The notes under the pieces were generated by a model, which was given only the letters and a program-made list of their open reading frames with translations, ran no database searches and was not told where the DNA came from. DNA of 60,081 nucleotides, taken from Ancylonema sp. Lineage: Eukaryota. The translations under genes and the position numbers were made by a program. Location: the NCBI GenBank assembly GCA_050230475.1, contig JBFLGF010000199.1, positions 1 to 60,081 of the forward strand, given 5' to 3'. Of this stretch, positions 11,180 through 22,990 are shown in pieces (positions within the stretch are counted from its first letter, which is position 1; every line of letters begins with the position of its first letter).

Positions 11180-12125
11180 CATAGTTACTCGAACCTACGG
11201 AGCCGGGTTCGAAGGTCCGCATCTAGGACGGGGGGTCCGTCCGTCGGGGCCCGAAACCTCGGACCGGCGATTGAGGGTTAAATCAGTGTTTATAGGTTTT
11301 ATTTATTTATTTTCATAGTTCAAAAAACTTCTCAAATGTTTTTTCTTATGTATTCTTTCAATGTGCATCTATCAAAACCGTGAGAAAAATGATTTGCCGA
11401 GCCATTGATGAATGAATATCCAAAAGCCAAAGTGATCACTCGTTTTTTTTTTTAATGACCAAGTACTTTTTCCTCTCACCATTGTTAGCACTTATGATAT
11501 TTGTGCGATAGTATCTTCTACCAGTTCATCATGCCATAATATTCATCATTGCTCACATGTGATGGAGGAACGTTGCAATGTTACAAAACCATTATTGAAT
11601 GTTGTGATTACAAAAATGAACATTGATTATATTTCAAGTTGAAAGTTTCAACGAATCAATATACCCTATCATTCGCCATAATTATTAAACAACATCGTAA
11701 TCAAATTCTGTGACACACACATCACATACCACATATCACATGCATAATTATTTGGCAATTATTTTTTACTACGCATGCCTTTGCCTCATCTACACAACAC
11801 TCTAGTTTTTTATCCATTTTCCCACCACATCATAAATACTTGACATTGTAGCATCCTACCATCCTTATGCCTCCTTCATAGATACTTTTTGAAATGTTTC
11901 AAACACACGTGTATCACAGGTGGTTCCCGGACTATCAAGTATGGCTAGATAAAAGAGGAAATAAAATGGGAAAAAAAACAAAAACACCAACAACCCGAGA
12001 ACCGCCCCTTAAAAAAGAACCGCCACAAAAAAACCCTAAGAACCGCGCGGTCCGTCCCGGTCCGCATCTCGGACCGGGGCGGACCTCGGTTCCAAAATTC
12101 ATTTTTACCGATTCGGATAACTATA
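11180..12125. mobile_element. Non-autonomous hAT element (MITE)
   Basis: Ends CATAGTTA.. / ..TAACTATA. Perfect 8-bp TSD GTTTTTGT at 11172-11179 and 12126-12133. Subterminal ggtccg/cggacc motifs and an AT-rich core. Confidence 0.85.
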
Positions 12126-13137
12126 GTTTTTGTTGATTTTCTGCCACACTCGGGAGCATACAACGTTGCTACTTTTTTCTCCATCGAATTTTACCAGGCG
12201 ATCGGTATAGGTATAGGTACAGTTGGGTCCCGTATCACATGGTCCGGGACTTGTGTGTATTTGTCCCGGACGGTAGTGATTCCGGACGCGTGGGGAGGAT
12301 TCCCGGAGGGTCCGGGGTCAACCCAGACATCGATCTGATTTTTTTTAATTTTTTTTGTAACACAAGTGAAGGAGTTCCCATGACATTATGTTCCCCGATC
12401 GGATAAAGAACGCCTTTGAATAGTTGTCCGTGAGTGGAAGAAGGCCCCAACGGTGCCATCATTATGTATCATACATGGGGGGGTGACGGGCGGGAATGCT
12501 CCGCCCGGGAAGCTCGTGTATAAACTTTTGCCCTACTCTACAATCCCGCTGCAGTCGGAAGTGTTTCACCGAAATCCATGGGGCATTTCTATAGTATGCT
12601 TTTTTGAACTTGGATATATGGAATGCCGAAATACATATCCGCTGGCGCGGGCGAAATAGCCGTGTTCGAACACGGGCGGGAATGGTCCCGCCCGCGTTCG
12701 GGTATTATTATAGCTCTATATCGTTCTAAGCAATGTGCCCATCGCATTAAGCGGCAATCGGGACTGGCCCATGTGCCATATGCACCAAAATCCAAATGAC
12801 TCATCCACTTTAGATAGCTCGTTTCCGTACAGGGGCCGCACAGAGATCGCCTTCCGTCATATGCGTGGCTAACCGCGCATATAATACCGCGCATATAATC
12901 TTCTAAAGATTGAAGGGTGACATACCCTCCCGTATCCGTAGATGACATCTTCGTAAACCATAACTACACCGTTTTCGGAAAAAATTGGGCACGCGTACAC
13001 CCACTCACGGTTCGCGTGTTAATGATTACATGTCTGGCACAATTCGGACGCTACGATCATATGGTGATAGCGTGTTCGTTGTCATTTATTTTGTCAAATC
13101 TTTATCGATGATATCAACAGATGTTCACTTTTACTGA

Positions 13138-13283
13138 CCTCTGTCTTTTTGTGGACAAAAGTATCTCTCACTTTCTGACTCGCGCTTCTGTCTCTCTGTG
13201 GACAGGAATCTCTCTCGCACTATTGCCTCTTTGTGGGCAGGAATCTCTTAATCCCCATTCAGCCTCTCTCTGGGCAGGAACTT
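13138..13283 (+). repeat. Four degenerate copies of a ~22-nt motif
   Basis: Motif ctctytgtggrcaggaatctct recurs four times with variable spacers. Confidence 0.45.
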
Positions 13284-13399
13284 TCACAATAAGTTCCGGA
13301 GCTATCGATGCACGGGATACATAGGCGAATTACGCATTGAGCATTCAACACGAGTGCAGGTTTATGCAAGGATGTCAAGATCTTCATAGAAATTGATTT

Positions 13400-13495
13400 T
13401 AGAGATCGTAGCCGAGTAGGCTATATCCCTCGTGAGTACAAAAAAATGCTAGAATCTTATAGCATACCGGATAAAGTTGCGGCGCCGCTATCCTA
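13400..13495 (+). repeat. Unclassified dispersed repeat, second copy at ~26910-27003
   Basis: tagagatcgtagccgagtaggctatatccctcgtgagtaca...ttgcggcgccgcta resembles tagagtttgtcgccgaatagttgtatccctcgagagtaca...ttgcggcgctgcta. Confidence 0.5.
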
Positions 13496-14204
13496 GTCAT
13501 ATTGTTATTCCTCCTAGTCATCTTCTTTGTTTATGCCCCGTGCCCATCCCTTATCTAACCTTGTCGATATATCTAAATGATGACTGGACATTTTCACTAT
13601 TGTACAATGTCATGATGATGCGCCCTTTTTGTCGATATCTATTTATTATTAATCTCCCATAGTTATTAACCACTGATAACTAATATGCAAGTTCATCACC
13701 TCGATGCATTTTCAATTATTATTCCAACATAGCGTTGGAAAAATGTACACGTACTATTTTTCCTAATTCATTCTATGTAGACAAGATTTCCGATAAGCAA
13801 AACAAAAAGTGTTGGGACCGCTATGTTACCCACATAGCTTGATAGACCGCTAGCTATAGTGCTTCTAAGATCCCTACGGCATTCCTTGCCTTGGCTAGAC
13901 TTACTTCAAGTCGTGCTTGTGTAGCATTGCTCGGTGTTATGCGTGTGCGGTGGTAGATTGTGCGGTTGTAGTGGTGTGGGCTGGTAGTAGATTGCCGACT
14001 TTATGCGCCTGTGTTGTACGGTGCGTGAATGTATATCTAATTGCACTTGTCCGCATGTGTCCTTTGGCATGATTTGAGGTGAACCTTGCCAATCGCACGT
14101 GCGAGATGATGTGTAAGACGTAAGCGAGTGTTATGTATACGTCAATAAAGCCACCCTAGACCCCCACCATCCGTGGTGAGTGCATCGAGAGTTTATAATG
14201 CAGT

Positions 14205-15155
14205 CAGGGTTGCACAATACGCACAATACGTTGAGTTATCATACGCTAAATACGCGTATTGTGCTCCCAGCGTATTAATACGCTTAAAAATACGGTACAT
14301 TTTGAACTTGTTTAAATTTTCGATATTGATAGTCTTTATCCAAAAACATAATGTTGGTTATAGGCTTACTCCTGTGCGAGCTGCCAAATCGGTGTACGTA
14401 TTCACCGATTTGCGGATCCCCAGAAGGTCTCCACCGTGGAGTACGAGCAGGCATTTCCCATGTGGCCCGAAAGTCATAACGAATAGTGACTTCTCAGTAG
14501 TCCCAAGAAGATGCGTGGAAGCTACTCATGATACTCTCTAAGGCATTCTATTCGATTTATGAAGACTTGGTCGAGCGATAGGCTTCGTGAAGTATTTGCG
14601 AAAAATATGCAGCAAATAATGGAATAGGAATCATAAAAATGTTTTTGTAAATTAGTGTTTTTTGGATTGAAGTATCGCATTTGTTATTATACTCTAGCAT
14701 CCCATTTTTTTAAAAAACTTACTCAAGTAAAAACGGAAGCCCCGATCGAGCCTTTTTTGGAAGTGGTTGTAAACGGAAATGAATCAAAGATTGATGAACG
14801 TGTGCAAATGAAGTCAATTAAAGAGAAAAGAAGATCAGAAGAGTGGGTCTATCAACGAATGCCCCCTCCTCGCACCAACAAAATGAAAAAAAAAACACAT
14901 ATAGTGGTAGAACATGTGCCTTCATTCATGTGTTTCATAGGCAATTAAATGCCTCCGTTTCATGACTAGTTTGATTTAGATCAGGCACAGTTGTCACCAT
15001 TCTACTTCCGGATATGTGTGAGATCTGAAACCGTAAAAAAATGCATATTTATTGACAAAACGCGTATTTTAAAATCGCGTAAAATTTCAATACGCAAAAT
15101 ACGGCGTATTGTGAACCCAACGTATTGATAGCGAATTGCGTATTGTGCAACCTTG
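14205..15155. mobile_element. Non-autonomous hAT element (MITE)
   Basis: TIRs CAGGGTTGCACAATACGCA / TGCGTATTGTGCAACCTTG. 8-bp TSD AATGCAGT / AGTGCAGT (1 mismatch). Subterminal aatacg/cgtatt repeats. Confidence 0.85.
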
Positions 15156-16134
15156 AGTGCAGTCCTCTTTGAACATAACGTCGAATTACACATGGATACT
15201 AAGTTGTTAGGTCTCGGTGTTGTTTAGCACCGTGACGACAACAACCAATACATTTGTTATTGGTGGTCACTATGTCGAGGGACGTACACGTGCGCTAATC
15301 AAGTCAATGATTTACACGTGCAAATATTTTCCGGACACTAAAATAATGAAAAACCCAAGTCATTTACATGTAGACCAGATATGAGTATGTAGCGACCTCA
15401 ACTTACGTCTTAAAAAGTAGAGTTTTGGCACGCTTTCTAACAAAATAAAAGGCTACCACAAACGACGCACACACATGATAACAACTCCCTTATGAGTGCA
15501 AAGAGTTATTAAAAAACGCAACTACTCGCAACCAGAAATCATAACAATAGATAGTAACCGTAATTGCGACAAATAAACGGAATCGTAATAAATGTAGGAA
15601 GAACCAATCACCAATATCAAATCAAATAGCCGAAATTGGAATATATCGCCGTAACCATAACCGCAACCAATATCCGAGAATCCATTTGTAACCATAATCG
15701 ATACCAATTGGAAACACCTATGCGCAAAAGCGCATCGACAAGGTGACTAGGTTTTATGTCCAAAAGGATGAAATGCGGGGCTACCCAACCATCCACACAC
15801 AATTTTAAAAATAAGCACGAAAATTGAACATGAACTAAATGGCATCCCTATTAGGGTTGGGTTTTTAAGGCTCTACAACCCCCCCCAACCATTCATAACC
15901 CTAAAAACTTAAAATCCTAAAAACCTCAATTCTTATAAGTCCACAAAAGAGGTGTTTTCGGGACCAAATTAAGTTTGGGAACTCATGGGCGACCTTCAAT
16001 TTGTCAATTATGAAGTAAAAATAGAGTTTCATACAAAAGTATATATATATTTTGATCTCCGAACCGTTCATTTAAGTGCCTAGATTTATGTAGCTACGTG
16101 TGTTTGATCGAACCGTTCATTTATGTTGCCTTTT

Positions 16135-16995
16135 AGAGGAACTTACCATGGCATCATCATCCAATTCAGCGTGTGTGTTGTGATTCAAGCCATACAAGTG
16201 CGTCATGAGGCCAGTACATGGCGACTAGCGATATATATATATATATACATACAACTTTACTATAAATGTTGGGGAAGTATCAAGGTCGTACGAGGCAACA
16301 AAGTACTCGCAAATTGTGGTGGACATGATGTTAAATGGTCATGAAACAACATGGACAATTTTTAACAGGCAAGACACACCAGCACTTGTCATGAAGAGAA
16401 CTACATACGATCCGATCCGATGGACAACAAAATACCCAAAAAAAAAAAAACCAAATTCTGTACATTTCAACATACCAAAATAATGAAAATCCTATGTGTT
16501 CATTCTCATTTTCATTTTCATTTTGTTTGATTGGAAAATATTACGACTTTGTCACTAACGAATTTCAACATGGCATAACAAACCGACAAACAAATTAACT
16601 TTCGACATGATTCGAAGCTGCATGAAGTAAATAATGAGTACTAGTTTGCCTCCCACCCATAATTTTCATCACTTGCATCTACGTAATCTTGTACATTTTC
16701 ATCTTAAAATTATTCATATAAATTTTCAATATTATTTATATGAATTAATATTTAGTTTCAATATTTTGGATTCTATTTTTATTTCATATCCCATACATCG
16801 ACATCTCCGAGAAATAGCGTTCTGTAGATGGTATTATAACATTTAGTACCAATTTATAAAACAATTAGTATCAATATAGATTGTCGTTATGCTAATATCG
16901 AGGGTGGTTTAATATTGATTTTACAAAAAGTCTTAAAATTTGTCCGTATATCGAGGTTGTCCTTATGAAGAAGGTCATTTATCGAGGGAGCACTG
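16135..16995. mobile_element. Left-truncated relative of the 2210-3036 pogo-like element
   Basis: 16150-16365 matches 2400-2620 (atccaattca, tacaagtgcgtcatga, aacaacatggacaattttt). The right end reads atcgagggagcactg at 16995. No left TIR found. Confidence 0.6.
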
Positions 16996-18814
16996 TGGTT
17001 ACATGGTAACGTGGCATTTTCAACCTTTCAAACAATACCATATCAAATAATACCATATAAGCGTTTTTAAGGGCCTGGAAAACTCAGGAGTTAATAACCT
17101 TAAAGGAAAAACCTTAATTAAGGATATTCAATTGCTTTACTTTCCCCAAGGTTTCCCAAGCCTTATCCCTTTATTCACATTCGTTCTCAAACACCGCCAC
17201 AATCTCCTTTCGCGTGAACCGAAATCGTTGAGTGGTATCGATTTGATACACCCACGCAATCGAAAGTCTCGTCGACTCCACCGTCGAGGGCAACTTTTAG
17301 GGCCTCGATTTTCGTGCATTCGTATTGGAAAATAAGCCAACTCGATATAATTTATAAGAACAATAGGTGCTGGGAGATAGAGGGAGAAAGGAGGTCTTTA
17401 ACGAGTATATTGCGTCGCATTTTATAGTGATGGCCAAAGACCATGTCACTACAAACAAGCCATCCGATGAACGTACCAACCAACAATTTGGCCTCGATAG
17501 TTTTAGTTCTCGTGATATACTTCTTCCCCCCCCCCCCCTTAAAACAAGAAAAGGAGGAAAAAATACAACTTTCCAACTTATATATAATAGTAATAACAAA
17601 AGACACTAATAACAACTCCATAATATTATCCCGCACTTGGTTCCCTTCCTCAACCAACTCATCATTGAAGCTCATCGCCACCGTTTGCACTCTTCTCCCT
17701 TTCACCAAATATTTTGCAAATCGTAACGTTGTGGAAGCACATCCGCGGTCGCTACTTTGGGTGCCCTAAAAACTTGCGCTACTAGCATAGTGACCAACCA
17801 ACCGATGAGCCTTGTACCTTCAAATTTCAGAAGTTGATCGCCCACTTTTACACTCATCCGCTTCTTGGAGATTATACCAAGTATTTCTGAGTATAAAAAG
17901 TCATTAGGCAAGGTAGGACAAAATATAAAAAGACAAGATACGTATCTTATCATAATAAGATACGTCGAAAATGCACATAGACAATCTACTATGGCAATAG
18001 TGATCCACTTAGATCTCTCAATAGCAAGATTTTGAATGTATCGCCGTAATTACACTACTGTCACGTTGCCATAAACGATGTCACAACTATACTAACGTCG
18101 TAATCCTCCTCACAATGAAAAGACTTCTGACCTTGATTTGAACGCAACTTTACTAGATACGGCCGAAACCACAACTGTGAAAAAATGTCGAGCGGATTGA
18201 CAACCATAGTACCAAGTCCATAATCTTTGTCGAGGGAGCTTTTGGAGGAGAATATAAGTGGTTCAGGATTGTATCGTCATATCGAGGGTTGATTGGAGTG
18301 CACCCGAGTGCAGAACAAAAGATGCTAGTTGATGTAGGTGTGGCATGCGTAAATTTTATTTCGGGAACAAGATTTACCTAGGGGCGTAGCTGCGAGCTCT
18401 AGTGATAACGCCACAATTCCAGAAAGTCGACCACCATCGACGATATATAATATTTTTTGTGACTAGAGTGCACTTGCTCATTGTTAAATCATTGGAGCCA
18501 CTGATTGCGTCCAAATGGGGATGGAAAAAACTGAGACGCAATCCTGTGTCTATGACTCTACTCTCTGTGGTAACTAAAGAGGCACTCAAAAGGCATGGTA
18601 TACAACAAAAAGGGATTAATACTCCATGCTATCACAGTTCCGCAGGATATCGCCTCCCTTCACATCACATGAAACCCCTCACCCCAACATTAGCCTGACA
18701 TGCAATTTTAAATCTCTTAGTCTATCGTCATCCTCAAGCCTCGCGATGCATATATTCCTATACTGTGTTTATATTCCTATACTGTGTTTATATTCCTATA
18801 TTCCTGTTTGCCCC

Positions 18815-21800
18815 TCAACTCAAGGCCGACTTCGGTAGATGGGCCTCCATCTGCCTCCTCAGACTTTGATACACCTTCAGACTCTCTGACACCGCCGCAT
18901 GCGCCTGCACCGATTTCGACATGCCCGCGTCATCCATGGGGAGGTCCGGCTCGTCCTGCACCACCGTCCTCATCTGCAGATACCTCCGCAGTGCCACGTC
19001 ACACTCCTGCGTGGTCGTGCCCAGAGACTCAAGCCCTTGCTTCAAGGCCTCGTCCATGTGCTTTGGGGACCCGTTCAGCTTCCTCACACGACTCTCCCCT
19101 TCCTTCACCTTCCGCCTCTTCTCCTCCAGTCCCCGCTGCGCCTGTTCCAGCCTCCGTTTCGCCTCCTCCAGCTCGGATTCCGCCACCTCCACCTCCTGTC
19201 TCGCCTGCCCTATGGACTCCACTTCTGCCATCACCTTCGCTTTCTGCTCCCCCACCATCTTCTCCAAACGGTTCCGGATGTCGGACTCGTGGACCTTCAC
19301 GGCTTCCAGAGCCTTCTCCCCCTCCGCCCCAAAAGTCATCGTCATGTCCACGGGAGGGAAATGGTTCTCCTTGGCCTTGTTGATGATGTCCGCCACTTTC
19401 TCCTTCACTGCCCTCGTGCCCTCCCCCACACTCTCCGCGATCCCAGGAGGGGAAGCGGTCGCGTACTCCACCACTCCCTCCTCTGACAGACGCGGCACAG
19501 TGAGGGCCAGAGACCGATCCCCTCTCCCCTCCTCCCCCAACCCTTGCCTGCCCGTGGCGGCAGCGGGGGGGGGGGAGGCGGAGGGGGAGGTGGACGTGAG
19601 CAGGGGGACCCTGGTCCTGGAAAGCCCTAATCTGGAGGGCTTTGCCACCCCCCCACCCCCCCCAGACTTTGGCGTGCCGGCCTTCGGTTTTGCAAACCCT
19701 GGTTTTTGGCGGGGAGCCTGCCATAGGTCCGATTTCAGAACCTCCTCCAACAGCACCGACTTGTTTTGGTACTTGATGCCTTTGGATGTGCTGAGGAGCA
19801 GCGCGAAAATCTGCACCACTTCCTTTTTGTGGGAGTGGAGGTCATGGAGAGTCAGGTTCTGCTGCAGCAGTATGTCTTGAAACACCTGCAGCAGCAGCAG
19901 ACCACTTTCTGTCAAGTCAGAAGGTTATAAAAACAATGGGACTGTGACTGCCTCGTTGTTCCAGGGGTGTTTTGTAGGGTGCACGATACTGTCTAGTAGC
20001 ATCGATACATTACAAAATACTCAGATCTATTGCCAGCACGGATCTACGATACCTTTGCACAAGAAACCAAAAAGCAAACCACTGAACGTTTCCCAAATCG
20101 AATAGTTCCATATAACGGAGTATCTTATACCATGGTTCTACTAGGTTCCATACCTCAGTCCCCCCCCTTCACCTTGAGGCGCTCTGGCTCTGACCGCAGT
20201 TGCTGCACAAAGTCGAAGAAGTCCTTGTGCCTCTGCCCGCTGGGTTCCAGCCCTGCCCAGGCACCTCCATCTCTCAGAAAATCTGCCAACTTGGTTCCCG
20301 TCCTCTCATTCTTCTCCTTCTCCAACCGGTGCTCCTCCATCAACTCCTGCTGCACTCTCACCTCGCTGCTGGATAGGCCGTGGGGAGGAGTGGGCGCCTC
20401 GTCAGACATGGCACCCTCTCCCGCAGTGCTTCCCCTGAACTTGGGTTTACGACCCCTCTTCTTGCCAATCCTGACCTCAGGGTCCAAGGTATCGATCCCT
20501 GGAGGGGTTGCCTCGCCTGGAGTGCCCTTGTCCTTGGGAGTACGGACCCTCTTTTTAACGACCCTGACCTCGGCTACCTTCTCCGAACGCATGGTACCTT
20601 CGCCTGGGGTGCCTTTGAGTCTGGGAATCCGGCCCCTCTTTTTAGGAACCCTGACCTCTCCTTCACCCTCGGAAAAAAAGGTTCCCTCATCAGGAGTAGT
20701 ACCTGCATGCTTGGGAACACGACCCCTCTTCTTGCCAATCCTGACCTCTGCTTCCCCTTCGGATAAAAAGGTTTCCTCGCCAGGTGTAAGACTGTGTTTT
20801 GGAACTCGACCCCTCCGTTTGAGAGGCCCGACCTTTGGACCCTCCTCAAGGAGGAGGATACCCTTGCCTAAATTGCCTACGTTGCCTTTACGTTTGGGAA
20901 TACGGCCCCTCTTTTTTGCAGTCCTGGCATTCGCTTCCCCTTCCGAGTCGAAGGTAGGGGAGTGAGCAGGAGGCGGTTCCCCTTGGACTTTGTCGCCACT
21001 GGACTTCCTTCGTTTGCTCAGATCCTCGCCAGAACTCACAAAGGCTTCGATGCGAGGGAACCTGGCGTCCACGTATGCCAGCGCCGCTTCCTCGTCCAGG
21101 TGGAGCTTCATCATGAAGTAGTGGACGAGGGGCTTGCGTCGCTGGAAGCTGACGTCTGCGGCAGGGAACAGGACAGACAGAATACAGGTAGCATGGTATC
21201 AATTATAAGCTGTACTTTTTTTATATCGGGTGCTATTTCTGGCCCCTGTGGAAGGAGAAACAGGGGATATCACCAAAAAAACTGAAAACGCATACGATGA
21301 GTGGAAATGGACATGTACGGATTTGTTACTAAAACACAAAGAACAAGCCTGCTTCCATGGGGTTCCTAGCACACATTTTTGTCAAGAAAAGAAGGCAGCA
21401 GAATGCAACTGTGAAGAACTCAATTTTCTCGAGTGTACGTACATCATTACACACATGACAAGAAGCATATGGCTGTATTTGAAGGTGCGCAGAAAAGTTA
21501 ACATCAAAGTTAACATCAAAACTATCATCATTAACATTAAAATTAACATCTTCATGGTTCAAAGAATAAAATCTCCCCACTCTTGGGTGTCAAGAAAATT
21601 GGATCTAGATGGCTGTCAGACATTGAGAAGGGTGGGGCGAACTCATCGGAAAAAAATATTTGGCTAGTGATCAGTGTAAGACAAGAACGACATCAGTCCG
21701 GAGGCCTTCTCGAAGTCTTCTTGCAGCGACTCACGTGTTTCCGCATGGTGGTAGCGGATGTCTGAAAAGTAATGCTCGTGCTTTGTGATCTCATCAGTGA

Positions 21801-22555
21801 TGATGCGCCAGCTCCACCCTGGAGGCGCATATGGTGGCCCTTGGCCACTTGCTTTTCTGGAGGCAGGGGATCGAGCAGAGAAGCACGGAAATTTTGAGGT
21901 ACAATGCAAGTTCGTTCACAAAATCGTATGCAGGAATTCATTGTGATGTCGGATGTCGAATCAGAACATTGATTTTTGAATGATACCGAAAAATGGGTAG
22001 ATGAACTACATGCCGCGATACTGTGGCGCATCGCATATCATGAAGCTGCGATTCGTCGCAATTGCTTGTGCAGGTCTTGCAGCTGTGTGCTCACGAGATC
22101 CTTGTACATCGAAGGTGCATGTTCACGTCTTTTTGAGCTATGGGCGCCTGGCCTTAAGTGCACTCTCGTGAGATAGAATCATATTTCAAAATTTGGAGTT
22201 CTGACCTTGGTACAGGAGGCAGGCCGTGAGTAGGAATTGACTTATCCAAAACGCATGGTGACGGCATAAACATTTGCCCCTCGTTAGTCGTGATAATAAT
22301 GTCATTTTCCATGGGAGTGCCACTCGGCTCGGTAACACTCGGTTCGAAGATGGCCATAAGATCCGCCTCAACGGCAGTATCATCAGTTTCCTGATGTATG
22401 ACGATGTTCCTCTCCTCATTCGCTTCGACCAGAGCAGGCTGTGATTCGAAACCGTTTGCGACTGGGGTGACGCCATGCGATCCCGCTGGATATAGTGGCT
22501 CGGGAGTGTGCATGCCAAGAGCCGACGACAACTGTTCCGGAATATCGTTATCCAT
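18815..22555 (-). CDS. Putative chromatin protein: DUF7081/MBD-like domain, six AT-hook-like repeats and C-terminal coiled coil (~841 aa, 4 exons)
   Basis: Exons 22555-22206, 21856-21735, 21155-20173 and 19885-18815 have GT-AG boundaries and compatible phases (2526 nt, open). The spliced product gives LPPVPR|KASGQGPPYAPPGWSWRII...YFSDIRY...|VSFQRRKPLVHYF, resembling from memory the plant LxPV..SGEGLPYAP..WxW DUF7081 motif and the MBD PPGW..DxxY..F pattern. The C-terminus is E/K-rich and heptad-like. Confidence 0.78.
20440..20945 (-). repeat. Coding tandem repeat of ~29-31 codons, each unit carrying an AT-hook-like motif
   Basis: KKRGRIPK, KRRGRVPK, KKRGRVPK, KKRGRIPR, KKRVRTPK and KKRGRKPK, separated by TPGEGT..SEGE.EVR-type linkers. 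Confidence 0.85.
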
Positions 22556-22930
22556 CTCCGACAAGCTTCCGCCGACACCGTCGCACGCAGAACGATAAAC
22601 GTATTTCTGCTGCAGTGAAATATATCTGCCTGCTGTCTTGCCTTCGTCAAGGTGTGATTTAGCACGACCAGGTCAGGTGTCAACAGCCGGTAGCTTAAAA
22701 TTCAGTCGACCCGTGCTCTTCTCGCACCGAGGGGAAGTCATGAAGCATAAATCTTCGGTGCAAGACAAGACAATAACTTCGATACGTGTCTTTACGTTCT
22801 GGAGCGGTGAGGGAATAGGGGAAAAATATTGCAACCACTTCAGCATCGGCGAAGCCGATATCGACAGATTTAGAGACACAGAAGAAACCCCACGACGAGA
22901 ATCCAGTGCATCCAGTGCATTGACATCATA

Positions 22931-22990
22931 CAGTAAGCCCTCGATATAACGACAAACAAATGTGAAGAACAAATGTCGTTACATCGAGGT
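22931..22990. mobile_element. Orphan left TIR of the pogo-like family
   Basis: TA + CAGTAAGCCCTCGATATAACGAC followed by tgtcgttacatcgaggtgt, as at 2210-2270. No downstream partner seen. Confidence 0.55.

Noticed and set aside
12420..13100. Possible hAT transposase fragment on the - strand (RWAHCLE resembles CxAHxL)
   Set aside because: A single weak motif with no further conserved blocks recognised; needs a translated search.
18784..20965. Long + strand ORFs (18921-19880, 20030-20965 and others)
   Set aside because: Antisense shadows of GC-rich exons of the - strand gene.
18270..22990. Pogo-like ends at ~18290 and 22931 capturing the AT-hook gene as a Pack-type element
   Set aside because: Each end belongs to an element extending away from the gene, so they do not enclose it.
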